From NCBI GenBank assembly GCA_038087875.1, contig CM075996.1:7442001-7506000 (forward strand): 64,000 nucleotides of DNA, given 5' to 3'. A program made the position numbers and the translations under genes. The DNA is from Malacoraja senta. Taxonomy: Eukaryota. The notes beneath the pieces are model-generated. The model had not been told where the DNA came from and made no database searches. It saw only the letters and a program-made list of their open reading frames with translations. Positions 38,786-52,797 of the stretch are shown one piece after another. Every line of letters begins with the position of its first letter. The stretch's first letter is position 1.

Positions 38786-41700
38786 TAAGAAACATTTGAA
38801 CAGGTGCATGGATAGGATCCGTTTAGAGGGATATGGGCCAAACACAGGCAGGTGGGACTATCAATGGAGTATGTTGGTGGCTGTGGGCAGGTTGGGCTGT
38901 ATGGGTCTATGCAACGGGAGCACATGAGGGAAATCCACGAGGGCACGGGGAGAGCGTGCAAACTCCACTCAGATGGCACTAGTGGTCAGGATGGAACTGG
39001 GGTTGCTCGGGCTGTGAGGCAGTGGCTCTGCTAGTTGTGTCACTGTGTTCTTGGAATCTCCACCTCCTCTGCCTGGGTATGGCATAGAGAGCATAGAACA
39101 GCACAGCACAGGAACAGGCTCTTCGGCCTACAACGTCTGTGTTCTCATCCACTCTCGACACACCAGAGGCAATCGTTTACTGAGGCCATTTCACCTACAA
39201 ATAGGCTTGCCAACTTCCTCACTCCCAAATAAGGGTCAAAATACGGGACAATTTCCGACAGCAATTCGTTGACCGACTCGGCCGTCCGTGGCTGGGTGAA
39301 TGATGAGTTGGCCCGGATGCTGGACTGCACACAAAGCCCAGCCAGCGGGCCAGCTGAGGAGTTTTGGCCCGGGCCGCGCGACGCCGTGTGCAATGTCCGG
39401 CACCCCATCCAACTCGTGAACCGATGATCGGCCATGAGAAGGAGGGGTGGTGGTGGTGGTGTCGGTAAGCGAAGGTCCGAAGGTCGGGCAACTGGCCGGG
39501 CTGCCGACCGACGGGGCCACGGGCGAGGCGCTGCTGCTGCTGCACTCCATGGGCTGCACTACGTCGGGACGGGGCCGGACGCGGCGCTCGAAGGGAGAAC
39601 GTGCAAACTCCACATAATTGGCACTCGAGGTCAGGATGCAACCTGGCTCTACCCGCTGCGCCACTGTCTTGAGCTATTGCTGTTTAACACTGAGGGAATG
39701 CCGCACATTTGTGGATGCTGCTTGTCGGTTACGATGCTCGTATATTTGTGGCTCTCTGTGCCTCCTTAGAACAGTATAGCAGTACAGCGCAGGAACAGGC
39801 CCTTCGGTGCTGGACAAGATGCCAAGACCGTCTGGTATCTGCCTGCACACAATCCATAGTCCTCCGCCCTCTGCATATCCACGTGCCTATATAAAAGCCT
39901 CTTACACGCCCCTATCATATCTGCCTCCACCACCTCCAACCCCGAGCAACATGCTCCAAAAGAGTGGGTAAGATCATCTCTGATCCCTCTCACCCAGGCC
40001 ACAAACTCTTTGAATCACTTCCCTCTGGAAGGCGACTCCAGACTGTCAAAGCTGCCGCAGCCAGACATAAAAACAGTTTATTTCCCCACGAGTAGTAGCT
40101 CTACTCAACAGCCAAAAATCTGTAGCCTCCTTTTGCTCTGGTAGTTTATTTAATTTGCATACTTAATCAATAATGTTTTATTATTAATGTTTAATGTTTT
40201 ATGTATCATTCTTAACTGTCAGTGTATGTCATATTGTCACTTGCGGGCCGAGCACCAAGGCAAATTCCTTGTATGTGAATACTTGGCCAATAAACTTATT
40301 CAAACACCCACTGTGCATAAAACATGCCCTGCATATCTCCTCTAAACATTGCCCCTCTCACTTTAAAGTTTATGAGTAGGTTTGAACACAGAACAGTAGG
40401 TTTGGCATAGGAACAGGCCCTTCGGCCCACAATGTCTGTGCCGAACATGAATCCAAATTAAACTCATCTCCTCAACCTGATCCATGTTGCTCCACCCGCA
40501 TCATATCCAAGTGCCTATCTCAATAATCTTATTAAAACCACACTCTCATATCTGACTCCCCCACCGCCCCTGGCAGCGTGCATTGTTGGTTGTAGAATTG
40601 AATAGTTCTGCCCTTTGCTAGGTGTTTTTTCTTCTTCCAGGCACATGTTCGTCCATAAGTAGCTTCATCACTCCCCGCCAATGGCTCCAGGGAAGCATTT
40701 TCCCCAACATTCACTCCGCCTGCTTTCAAAGCTGCCCCGTGAAAGAAGCCAAGGATGGCGCAGCGGTGGAGTCGTTGCCTCGCAGCGCTCTCGTAGCACC
40801 GGATTCAACCCCGCCCACGGGCGCTGTCCGTACGGAGTTTGTACGTTCTCCCCGTGGCCCGCCTGGCTTTTCTCCGACATCCTCGGGTTTCCTCCCGCGC
40901 CCCAAAGACGTACAGGGTGTGCGGGTAAATTGGTTTGGTATAAACGCAACGATCTTCAACAACACAATGGTTGAACACAAATTTAAAACCGACGCTAGGG
41001 TCGGGTGAGCAGGCGTAGGGAAGGGTAGTGGGATATATCTCTGCTTTTTCTTTTTTATTCCCACTTCTTTGTTAGTTCGGGTTTTTTTTTTCTTCTTTCT
41101 TTTTTATTTCTTTCTTCTTCCTTTTCATTCTTTCCTTTTTTTACTTTTTTCCGATTCACTTATCGGTTTATAAAATGTTAAAACTGAAAAAGAATTGTAA
41201 AAAAAACAAATGAATAAATAAACAAATAGATCAATGTTAAAAAAAAAATGTCCCCAGAGTGTGTAGTGTGGCGTTAATGTGCGGGGATGGCTGGTACGGC
41301 ACGGACACGGTGGGCCGAAGGGCCTGTTTCCGCGCTGTATCTCGGAACTAAAGGATCACCTCCACCCTTCTTCTCCCCGCTCCCGTCCGGCAGAAGATAC
41401 GGAAGCATGAAAGCCCGCACCACCAGACTCAGGAACAGCTTCTTCCCCTCTGTTGTCAGGCTTCTGAACGGACCTTCCATAAGCTAGGGTACTGTCTGAT
41501 TCACCTCTACCCCATTGGACTTTGTCTCTGGAACTGGTGTGCTACAATGCTGAGAACGATATTCTGCACTCTGTATCTTCCCCTTCGCTCTATCTATTGT
41601 ACTTGAGTTTGACTTCAATGTATTTACGTATTATCCAATCTGATGTATTATCTAATCAGTCTGAAGAAGGGTCTCGACCCGAAAAGTCGCCCATTCCTTC

Positions 41701-42424
41701 TCACCGGAGATGCTGCCTGGCCCGCTGAGTTACTCCAGCATTTTGTGTCTGTCTTCGATTGAAACCAGCATCTGCAGTTCTTTCCTACACGTATTATCTA
41801 ATCTGTTTGGATAGCATGGAAAAGCAAAGCTTCTCACTGTACCTCGGTACCAGTGACAAGAAGAAACCTAAATGGTCCTCCCATAAGCTAAGGTGTGGTT
41901 CCAGTTCTCCAGTGAACCTCATTGTAGATCTTAGACTTCTTGTCTGGAACTCATTATGCTACAATGCTGAGGGACTACATTCTACATTCTGTAATTTTGG
42001 TCTTTGCTCTACCTGTTTAGACAATAGACAATAGGTGCAGGAGTAGGCCATTCGGCCCTTCGAGCCAGCAACGCCGTTCAATGTGATCATGGCTGATCAT
42101 CCCCAATTTACATGTGTACGTATTTAGTTTATTTTGGTTTAGTCTAGTTTAGAGACACATCGCGTCACTGTCAGGCTGCAACTCCACCGCTACGCCACCT
42201 CGCCACCCAACTGGATCATGTGACTCGATCGCACGCTATAAAAGGCTTTTCACTGCACCTCGGTACACGTCACAATAAGAAGCTGAACTAAAGACATATC
42301 GCCTGCACATTCTCCCCTGAGATGCTGCCTGACCCGTTGAGTTAGAAAAGAAAACATAGAAAATAGGTGGAGGAGGCCATTCGGCCCTTCGAGCCAGCAC
42401 CGCCATTCAATGTGATAGAAACAC

Positions 42425-43166
42425 AGAAACATAGAAATTAGGTGCAGGAGTAGGCCATTCGGCCCTTCGAGCCTGCACCGCCATTCAATATGATCATGGC
42501 TGATCATCCAACTCAGTATCCCGTACCTGCCTTCTCTCCATACCCCCTGATCCCTTTAGCCACAAGGGCCACATCTAACTCCCTCTTAAATATAGCCAAT
42601 GAACTGGCCTCGACTACCCTCTGTGGCAGAGAGTTCCAGAGATTCACCACTCTCTGTGTGAAAAAGTTTTTCTCATCTCGGTTTTAAAGGATTTCCCCCT
42701 TATCCTTAAGCTGTGACCCCTTGTCCTGGACTTCCCCAACATCAGGAGCAATCTTCCTGCATCTAGCCTGTCCAACCCCTTAAGAATTTTGTAAGTTTCT
42801 ATAAGATCCCCTCTCAATCTCCTAAATTCTAGAGAGTATAAACCAAGTCTATCCAGTCTTTCTTCATAAGACAGTCCTGACATCCCAGGAATCAGTCTGG
42901 TGAACCTTCTCTGCACTCCCTCTATGGCAATAATGTCCTTCCTCAGATTTGGAGACCAAAACTGTACACAATACTCCAGGTGTGGTCTCACCAAGACCCT
43001 GTACAACTGCAGTAGAACCTCCCTGCTCCTATACTCAAATCCTTTTGCTATGAAAGCTAACATACCATTCACTTTCTTCACTGCCTGCTGCACCTGCATG
43101 CCTACTTTCAATGACTGGTGTACCATGACACCCAGGTCTCGTTGCATCTCCCCTTTTCCTAATCGG
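42425..43166 (-). mobile_element. CR1 (HER1-like) LINE 3' fragment, representative of many (e.g. 549-1160, 36370-36828, 49181-49880, 53518-53918, 54750-55262, 60935-61455)
   Basis: [15 protein letters not shown]...EFRRLRGDLIETYKI...SRTRGHSLRI plus shared 3' UTR and short-repeat tail. Confidence 0.9.
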
Positions 43167-44839
43167 CCACCATGGCTGATCGTCCCCTATCAATAACCCG
43201 TGCCTGCCTTCTCCCCATATCCCTTGATTCCACTGGCCCCTAGAGCTCTATCTAACTCTCTCTTAAATCCATCCAGTGAATTGGCCTCCACTGCCCTCTG
43301 TGGCAGGGAATTCCACAAATTCACAACTCTCTGGGTGAAAACGTTTTTTCTCACCTCAGTCTTAAATGGACTCGTTTTTTCTCACCTCAGTTCTGGACTC
43401 GCCCAACATTGGGAACATTTTTTCCTGCGTCTAGCTTGTCCAGTCATTTTATAATTTTACTTCGGAGTCACGTGAGTGACTACGTGAAGAACCCGCTCAG
43501 TGCGCAGGCGCGGCATTACGGCAGCTGGAGTTAGGCTCTCCGGCTGCAGTTTAAAAAACGGACCGTTAGGTAAGTATACTGAAGTAGTGGAAGATCTAAC
43601 GGAGAAGGAGAGTCGTTGTGTGGTGCGTTCTTTACAAAAATGAGTACTCTCAGGAAAAGACTCTCGAAGAGAACTGCCCCCAGCTCAACTCCACCAGAGG
43701 AGCGTTCAATCTCAGGGGGGCAGCAACAGGCGGCAGGACCGCTCATAGAGAGCTCCGCGATCCCCGAGACCGAGCCAAGCCCAGTCCCGCTAATGCCTGA
43801 ACAGCGGACAGGGAGAAAATCCCACCAGAAAAACTAACCGGCCGGTAATTTCCGATTCGTCGGATGGGGACATGTCTCCACCTAAACGGAGGAGAGACAG
43901 CCGCCTGAGCTTACAACAACTCTTGGAGCAGATGCTCCAGCGGGATACGCAGAAAGAGCGTTCTCGCGGAGGAAGGTCAGGCACCTCCTCCACAGTGTCT
44001 TGTGCACTGCCCTCTGCTCCCTCATTACTGGAGGCTAGCATTGGTGACCAGGATTGGGCTGGTCTGGAACAGGGGCTGGCGGACGAGCTCGGGAGTATGC
44101 AAGGGGTGCAGGAGCAGGAAGAGCTGCTGGGTGTGGTGGACCGCTATGTAGCAACCCCACGTGCTGGAAGACCGCTGGAACCGAAAATGGCGGCCAGCAT
44201 CAATCATCTTTCAAATAAGCCCTTGCAGGAGAAGGTGCTTATTAAGGCGCTAGAACTCTACACAGCACCAGAGAACTGTGAGGCCCTCAGAGTCAAGAGT
44301 GTGAACAGCCAGATCTGGGGGCACGTGGGGGTCACACATTCGTCAATTTGAGATCAATAATCTCCGGCGGGAAAACATAAGACCTGCCCTCAATCCCAAA
44401 TTTGCTGGGTTGTGCAGAGCCCCAGCTGCAGAAACGGATGCTCTATTATTTGGGAAAGACCTCAACAAGAAACTGAGGGACATGGAGGAAGCAGCGAAAA
44501 CTTTCGGCCTCATGAGGGCAGGCCCCGGACGAGCAAACCAAGACCTACAATACCCAAGCGGCAGCACCCCACGGCATCCACCAGTCGACGTCCTCAATAT
44601 GGGACTGGTGAAAGCTCGGGGACCGCATTTTATCCTCAAAGATCTTTTTTAGATCAGGGCCCAGAGCGGACCCCATGGAAAATGCGCCACCCCCCAACGT
44701 CGCCAGCAGGGCCGACAAGCAAAGCCTACAAGAACATGAGGAAACAAAATAAACGCCAATAACCATGGAGGTAGGTGGGTCTGGTTCCTGCCAGCTTATA
44801 TAGAATAAGGGTGCTTTACTAACAGGGGGGAGATTACAC

Positions 44840-46698
44840 TTGTTTAAAGAAGCATGGGTTACTGTCACGAGTGACAAGTATATACTCAACAGCATTAGTG
44901 GATATAAAATTCAGTTCATGTCAGAAAAATCGCCGCCAGTTCAACATTGGCCCCAAAGGGTATTTTCTCCCTCCGTCAAAGAGAAACGTGAGGGACAAGC
45001 TGAACTGGTGAGACTTATCAAAAAGGGGGTCATCGAAAAGACCAAACATGAACCTTTGGAATTTGTATCAAATATATTCACTAAAACCAAAAAAGATGGT
45101 GGATGTCGCATCATCATTGACTTAACATCACTAAATAAGTTTGTTAAGTATATACATTTCAAAATGGAGACATTTGTTACTGCCAAACAACTGATTTCCA
45201 AAGGATACTTCATGGCAAACATTGATCTTAAAGATGCTTACTATCTAATACCCATACACAAGGATCATTGCAGATACCTAAACTTTATCTGGTTGGGGCA
45301 GCTGTGGCAGTACAAAGCATTGCCCAATGGGCTAACTTCAGCCCCAAGATTATTCACCAAAATATTGAAAATAGCCATGGCAATACTAAGAAAACAAAAA
45401 CATATTGTCATGGCATAACTGTATGATATTCTGATAGTAGGGAAAACGATGGGAATTGGCTGTGGCAGCAGTATCAGCTACAAAACAGCTCCTCGAAACT
45501 CTGGGGTCGTCCTACATCCAGATAAATCTAAGTTGAAGCCATCCACTATCATGGACTACCTGGGCTTCACAATTAACTCAGTCCATATGACTGTTACCTT
45601 GCCAAAGGAAAAAATGGTTGCATTAGCACAATCATGCAACAATTTAATGGTCAACAAACGACCAACTATTCGACAAGTAGCAAGAGTGATTGGGAAAATG
45701 GTAGCAGCATTTCCGGCTACACAATTCGGACCTTTGCACTATCAAAATTTACAAAGAGCAAAGGTACAGGCACTAAAACGACATGCAGGCCACTATGATC
45801 GTGTCATGAAATTACCCACTGAAGCAATATCAGAGCTACAGTGGTGGGCAGAAAATGTTTGGCATAGTTTCAGCTCTATCATCATCACTAACCCTACTTT
45901 AATTCTTCAAACAGATGCCAGTGCTCAAGGCTGAGGAGCAACTAACTCCATATCCAGCACAGGTGGTAGATGGACTAACCTATGTCATCATTACTACTGA
46001 CACTGGGCATTAACTATCTAGAGATGTTGGGTGCCTTTTATGGTTTAAAAGCATATGTATCTAATATGCAGCACTTGCATGTTCGGTTACAGATTGATAA
46101 TACTACGGTGATGGCTTATATTAACCATATGGGCGGCATAAAATCATTATCATGCGACAAATTGGTCAATGTGATTTGGCAATGGTGTGTCGAAAGACAT
46201 ATTTGGCTATCAGCTACTTATCTACCAGGTAAGCTAAACACAGTGGCAGACACCAGGTCATGCAAATTCAATGATAACATCGAATGGATGTTAAACCCTA
46301 AATTATTTGCTAAAGTTATTAAGCAGTATGGAACGCCAGATATCGATTTATTTGCATCACGACTAAATCACCAGTTACCTATGTATGTCGCTTGGGAACC
46401 AGACCCAGAGGCAGCAGCGATACATGCCATCACGCTGGATTGGGGAAATGTCTTCTTCTATGCTTTCCCTCCCTTCTGCCTCATCAGTCGGGTACTTCTC
46501 AAAATACAGATGGACTCTGCTTCTGGAATTTTGATGGTGCCCGACTGGCCTACACAGCCATGGTTCCCGGTTCTACATGACATGGTGGTTGAGTCACCAA
46601 TGGTCTTTCCCAGTGATCCAGGATTATTAACTCACCCAGTATCAGGCATAAGCCACCCATGCCATGAGAAAATTAAACTCCTGGGTTGCAGGTTTTGA
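44840..46698 (+). pseudogene. DIRS pol: RT, RNase H and adenine methyltransferase-like domain, disrupted
   Basis: RT motifs (IDLKDAYY, LPNGLTSAPRLF); YLDD region mutated to A*LYDIL near 45413-45433; RNase H TDASAQG* and INYLE...IDN; MT motifs DIDLFAS and YAFPPF; stops and frameshifts. Confidence 0.88.
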
Positions 46699-46699
46699 A

Positions 46700-47670
46700 T
46701 AGACCTTACCTGGAACTGGGATTGTCCGAACGTACCATCACCACCATGTCGGCATCCCTTCGAACATCCACCAAGAGGCAGTACTTAATCAGCATTAAAA
46801 AAATGGGAGAAGTACTGCCAGGAAACAGGGACAACGTATGCAACAGCCACAGCCACCAACGTACTGGAATTCCTGGCCCATCTACACCATGATGAAGGGA
46901 TCAGTTACAGTGCCATCAACACAGTGCGGAGTGCTCTTTCTGCTTATCTCAAACCAGCAGGACAACAGGCAATGGGATCCCATCCACTGGTGGTAAAACT
47001 GATGAAGGGCATTTATAATATCAAGCCCCCTAAACCCAGGTATACCCATATTTGGGATATCAGTGTGGTCCTGACATACCTCAGGGAATGGCCACCAGCC
47101 AGATCCCTCAGCCTCGAGCAATCTACACTAAAGACGCTCATGTTGGTGGCACTCGTATCCGCTCAGAGGGTCCAGTCACTACACAAGTTAAGGCTGGACA
47201 ACATGGTGACCACCCCAGATCAGATCACATTCATCATACAGGGTCTGGTGAAGCAAAGCAGGCCAGGAACAGCTAATCCACTGGTGGTATTCCGGGCCTA
47301 CCCACAAGAGCCACGGTTGTGTGTCGTGACCCATCTACAACATTACATAGACACAACCCACAATATCAGAGGGAGTGAAAAAGCCTTATGGGTCAGCCAC
47401 AAGAAACCTCATGGCCGGGTAACGAGCCAAACCATTGCAAGATGGCTCAAACAGGTACTGAAGGCTGCCGGAATAGATACTAATACATTTAAATCTCATT
47501 CCACTAGGGCAGCATCTACATCAACGGCCGAGAGAATGGACGTACCGGTTGACCATATTCTGAATACAGCAGGATGGTCGAGGGAAACGACATTCAGAAC
47601 TTTTTATAATAAGCCGTTGATGAAACCTGATTTATTTGCAGAGAAAATATTACAAGCTGCAAATATTTAA
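46700..47670 (+). pseudogene. DIRS tyrosine recombinase (frameshifted N-terminus; ORF 46924-47670)
   Basis: SAQRVQ...KQSRPG...HSTRAAS...AGW...FY, the R-K-HxxR-W-Y catalytic signature. Confidence 0.88.
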
Positions 47671-47838
47671 TTTAAGCCCGGGGGAGCTATTTAATTTTTG
47701 TTATTGTTAATAAATACCTTTGTTGTTTCTTGAAAAACAGATTCATTGGTTGATTACGATAACACTTCCTCCCTCAAGATCTTCGTCAGTGAGTGAAATA
47801 AAAACTGTTACACGGTTTGAAATCACAGAGCTTTGAAG

Positions 47839-47946
47839 TCTTCACGTAGTCACTCACGTGACTCCGAAGTAAAATAGTAAGATTAAACGAGAACTTACCA
47901 GTTTGAAGTTTGATCTGTATTTTATGAGGAGTTACGATGAGGGATT
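47839..47946 (+). repeat. DIRS internal complementary region (ICR)
   Basis: 47839-47870 is the reverse complement of 43459-43490; 47871-47946 is the reverse complement of 48100-48175. Confidence 0.95.
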
Positions 47947-48599
47947 CCCTCCGCTCCCACCCTCATTATATGGATCAAACTAATAAATTGATGTCTCTTT
48001 TTCTTTACTATGTTTACTTCAAATACCTGTGTCTATCTGTGATACCACACCGCTGGTTGGAAGTATGCCGCGCCTGCGCACTGAGTGGGTTCTTCACGTA
48101 ATCCCTCATCGTAACTCCTCATAAAATACAGATCAAACTTCAAACTGGTAAGTTCTCGTTTAATCTTACTATTTTATATGTGTCTATAAGATCTCCCCCT
48201 CATCCTTCTAAACTCCAGTGAATACAGGCCTAGTCTTTTCAATCTTTCCTCATATGACAGTCCCGCCATCCCAGGGATCAATCTCGTGACCCTACGCTGC
48301 ACTGCCTCAATCACAAGGATGTCCTCCCTCAAAAGTTCCTCCAGCACTCTGTATTTTACTCCAGATCCCAGCGTTTGCAGGTCCCTGCATCTGCACAATG
48401 GTGTGCCCGTCTCATTGCTGTTATTCAGGATTGCATGCCAGAGTTGTCCGAATATTTCCTGAACCTGATACTCTTGCAGAATGTTTGTGACGAAGAAGCG
48501 ACGTGTGTAATAATGGGAGCAGACTTCCCTGATTAGACATCATGTTATATTTATTACATTAGAAATCAATACTAATAAAGACTGGCCATCAGAATAACA

Positions 48600-49046
48600 T
48601 CAGACCATTCCTTATTCACTTATCACTTCAAAATTACTTCCTCATTCTAACAGATAAGAACAACTGAATCTAAACACTTGCACCAACAAAGTCATTTAGT
48701 TTTTTTTATTGCGTATTGACTGTCTTCATCTGATGGGCCAGTGGAGTAGACCACAGCCCACTTCTAATCAATGTCCTCTTTGCCTTGTTTTGGTGAATAA
48801 GCGTTGACATTCGTGGTTATCTCCCCTTGACCTTCCAGTAACAAGATAAAAAATGCATGCTTGTCAATTATGGAAATGATTCAAGGGAGCAGGCTTCGAA
48901 TGATTGGACATATCCGGTGATCGCAAGATCAGGAGCGTATATAGAGGGCAGGGTTTTCCAGACCTTGAGAGTCAAAGGCTTCAGCTGGACTGCTACACCT
49001 CACAAGCGAAGGACAGACACCTGCTTCTTAAAGCCCCACAGATACT
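48600..49046 (+). promoter_or_regulatory. Candidate promoter and non-coding first exon of the secretin gene
   Basis: Non-repeat block with several WGATAR sites, CATCTG E-box (~48728), reverse CCAAT (~48903), TATATAGAG at 48938-48946 and a GTAAGT donor at 49047. The signal-peptide exon begins with an acceptor, so an upstream exon is needed. Confidence 0.4.
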
Positions 49047-52000
49047 GTAAGTAAGGGCGTTGCAATGGATATTTTTTCACTCCGTATCTTTCCTCTGTGG
49101 AGCAGGGGTCTCTCTGCATTAAACCCACGGGCGTTGCTTGCTGGAGGTTTGCAGATCCCCACCCATCCCACTCTCCCGCAGATGTTGGCCTTCATAACAA
49201 GGGGATTTCCGTGGAGGAGTAAAGAGGTTCTTCTGCAGTTGTATAGGGCTCTGGTAAGACCACATCTAGAGTATTGCGTACAGTTTTGGTCTCCTAATTT
49301 GAGGAAGGACATCCTTGTGATTGAGGCAGTGCAGCGTAAGTTCACGAGATTGATCCCTGGGATGGCGGGACTGTCATATGAGAAAAGACTAGGCTTGTAT
49401 TCACTGGAGTTTAGAAGGATGAGGGGGGATCTTATCGAAACATATAAGATTATTAAGGGTTTGGACACGCTAGAGGCAGGAAACATTTTCCCGATGTTGG
49501 GGGAGTCCAGAACATTATAAAAGGACTGGACAAGCTAGACGCAGGAAAAATGTTCCCAATGTTGGGCGAGTCCAGAACCAGGGGCCACAGTCTTAGAATA
49601 AAGGGGAGGTCATTTAAGACTGAGGTGAGAAAAAACTTTTTCACCCAGAGAGTTATGAATTTGTGGAATTCCCTGCCACAGAGGGCAGTGGAGGCCAAAT
49701 CACTGGATGGGTTTAAGAGAGAGTTAGATAGAGTTCTAGGGGCTAGTGGAATCAAGGGATATGGGGAGAAGGCAGGCACAGGTTATTGATTGGGGGCGAT
49801 CAGCCATAATCACAATGAATGGTGGTGCTGGCTCAAAGGGCCGAATGGCCTCCTTCTGCACCTATTTTCTATGTTTCTATGTGCCCGCACTCCGCATCTT
49901 CTGTGGGCGGCATGATGGCGCACCGGTAGAGTTGCTGCCTTACAGTGCCAGAGATCTGACTTCGATCCTGACCGCAGAAGCTGTCTGTACGGAGTTTGTA
50001 CCTTCTCACCGTGACCTGCGTGGGTTTTCTCCGGGTGCTCCGGTTTTTTTCCCGCACTCCAAAGACGTGCAGGTTTATAGGTCAACTGGCTTTGGTAAAT
50101 TGTCCCTAGTATGTGTTGGATCGTGTTAGTGTGCAGAGATCGCTGGTCATCGCGGATTCGGTGGGCCGAAGGGACTGTTTCTGCTCTGTATCTCTAAACT
50201 AAATTAAACTATACAGTCCAGGGTCGTGCACAGTACAGGGTAAAGAAAGATCCCAGCAATGCGGCATTTTAACCCAACAAAATAGTGCATTGCAATAACA
50301 AGGAACTGCTGATGTTGGTTTCTATCAAAGATAGATGGCACAATGGCACAGCGGTAGAGTTGCTGCCTCACAGCACCAGAGACCCGGGTTCCATCCAGAC
50401 TGTGGGTGCTGTCTGTGCAGAGTGTGTACGCTCTCCCTGTGACCGTGTGGGTTTCTCCGGGTTCTCCGGTTTCCTCCCACACTCCAAAGACAATACACGT
50501 TTGCAGATTAATTGGCTTTGGCAAAATAGTAATTTCTCCCCCAGTGTGTAGAATAGTGTACGGGGTGATCGCTGGGCGGCACGGACTCGGCTGGCCGAAG
50601 GGCCTGTTTACGCATCTCTAAAGTCTAAAGTTAAAGTCTGAAGATAGACACAAAGTGCTGGAGTAACAATAGACAATAGACAATAGGTGCAGGAGTAGGT
50701 CATTCCGCCCTTCGAGCCAGCACCGCCATTCAATGTGATCATGGCTGATCATCCCCAATCAGTACCCCGTTCCTGCCTTCTCCCCATATCCCCTGACTCC
50801 GCTATCTTTAAGAGCCCTATCTAGCTCACTCTTGAAAGTATCCAGAGAACCGGCCTCCACCGCCCTCTGAGGCAGAGAATTCCACAGACTCACCACTCTC
50901 TGTGTGAAAAAGTGTTTCCTCGTCTCCGTTCTAAATGGCTTACCCCTTATTCTTAAACTGTGGCCCCTGGTTCTGGACTCCCCCAACATCGGGAACATGT
51001 TTTCCTGCCTCGAGCGTGTCCAAACCCTTAACAATCTTATATGTTTCAATAAGATCCACCCTCATCCTTCTAAACTCCAGTGGATCAGGCAGCATCTCTG
51101 GAGAAAATGGATAGGTGACGTTTCAGGTCAGGAACCTTCTTCAGAATTGTATTTTGGGCATTGTAACTTTGGTAATTTTATGGAATAGGTGTCTGGCCTC
51201 GAACTATTGCTATAACAGGAGTGATTATGTTGCGAGCAGAGCTATCAAACGAGGAGGAAATTCAGCATCAGTGATCTTGGGCAACTCTCAGTGAACTCAC
51301 TCAGGAAAGGAGCTGGGTGATTGTCTGCTCAGAACCTACGTCACAGGGTGAACATGCAAACTCCTTACAGACAGCAGGGGTAGTCAGGTTCGAACCTGGG
51401 TCTCTGGCGCTGTGAGGCAACAACTCTGCAGCTGTAGATGTTTCAGGATCTAGTTCAGATTAGTGTGTTTGAATGTGTATTATGTCTGAAAAGCGCAGAG
51501 CACAAGTTTGCCAAGATGTACATAGCCTGGCCTTAGAAGGATTACACAGGGAATTGGCCGACTGGTCACAGAGTGATAGAGTCACACAGCACGGAAACAG
51601 GCCCTGCGGCACGGTGGCGCAGCGGTAGAGTTGCTGCCTTACTGCGCCAGAGACCCGGGTTCCATCCTGACCACGGGTGCTGTCTGTACGGAGTTTGTAC
51701 CTTCTCCCCGTGACCTGCGTGGGTTTTCTCCGGGTGCTCAGGTTTCCTCCCACACTCCAAAGACGTACAAGCTTTTGCAGATTAATTGGCTTTGGTCCTT
51801 TAGTTTTTAGATACAGCGCGGAAACAGGCCCTTCGGCCCACCGTGTCCGTGCTGACCAGCGATCCCCGCACACTAACACTACACTACAAACACTAGGGAC
51901 ATTTTTATTTTGCATTTATACATTGTCCCCAGTGTATAGGATAGTGCTAGTGTATGGGGTGATTGCTGGTCGGTGCGGACCCGGTGGGCCGAAGGGCCTG

Positions 52001-52369
52001 TTTCTGTGCTGTATCTAGTCTGAAGCACAACTCGTCCATGCTGGCCAAGATATCCCATCTAAACTTATCACATTAGGCCCATATTCCTCTAATCATTTCC
52101 TAAGCATGGGCATATCCAAATGGCTTTAAAATATTGTCATAGCACCTGCCTCAACCACTTCCCCTGGCAGCTCCTTCCATATAACCACCTGTCTGTACGG
52201 AGTTTGTACGTTCTCCCTGTGGCCGTGTGGGTTTTCTCCGGGTACTCCGATTTCCTCCCACACCCTAAAGACGTAGAGGTTTGTAGGCTAATTGGCTTGG
52301 GTAAAAGAAAAAAAAATTGTCTCTCGTGTGTGTGTGTGTGTGCGTGCGTGTGTGTGTGTGTGTGTGTGT

Positions 52370-52484
<115 letters not shown>

Positions 52485-52708
52485 TAGTGTTAGTGTGCAG
52501 GGTGATAGCTGGTCGGCACGGACTCGGTGGGCCGAAGGCCTGTTTCCCCGCTGTATCTCTGAAACTGAAAGTCCCAAAAAAAAATACAAAAGGACGGGCG
52601 ATCGCTGTTCGTGGTGGGCTGAAGAGCCCGTTCCCATGCTGTATCTCCGAAGTAAATGAAAGTAAGCGCTCTTGACACTCCATCCACGACTTGTTCTGTT
52701 GCAGGACC

Positions 52709-52797
52709 ATGGCTGGAAGACCCAGGCACAACGTGTACGCCCTCCTGATGGTTGCTCTCTTCTTCCAAGCGACGCAGTCGTTCCCACCAGTGAGCAG
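52709..52797 (+). CDS. SCT: Secretin-family prepropeptide, signal-peptide exon
   Basis: Acceptor ttgttctgttgcag (exon starts 52705), Kozak-like ACCATGG, MAGRPRHNVYALLMVALFFQATQSFPPVS (basic N-region, hydrophobic core, polar cleavage region), phase-2 GTGAGG donor. Confidence 0.8.

Larger units (their letters stand above)
43459..48175 (+). mobile_element. DIRS1-type tyrosine-recombinase retrotransposon, full-length but decayed
   Basis: Inverted terminal repeats (43481-43516 vs 48065-48100), internal complementary region 47839-47946 matching both ends, gag-like/RT/RNase H/methyltransferase/YR remnants; interrupts a CR1 fragment. Confidence 0.95.

Noticed and set aside
45982..47670. Methyltransferase plus tyrosine recombinase as phage or bacterial contamination
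   Set aside because: Embedded with RT/RNase H between ITR and ICR termini, the standard DIRS1 architecture, with vertebrate repeats on both flanks
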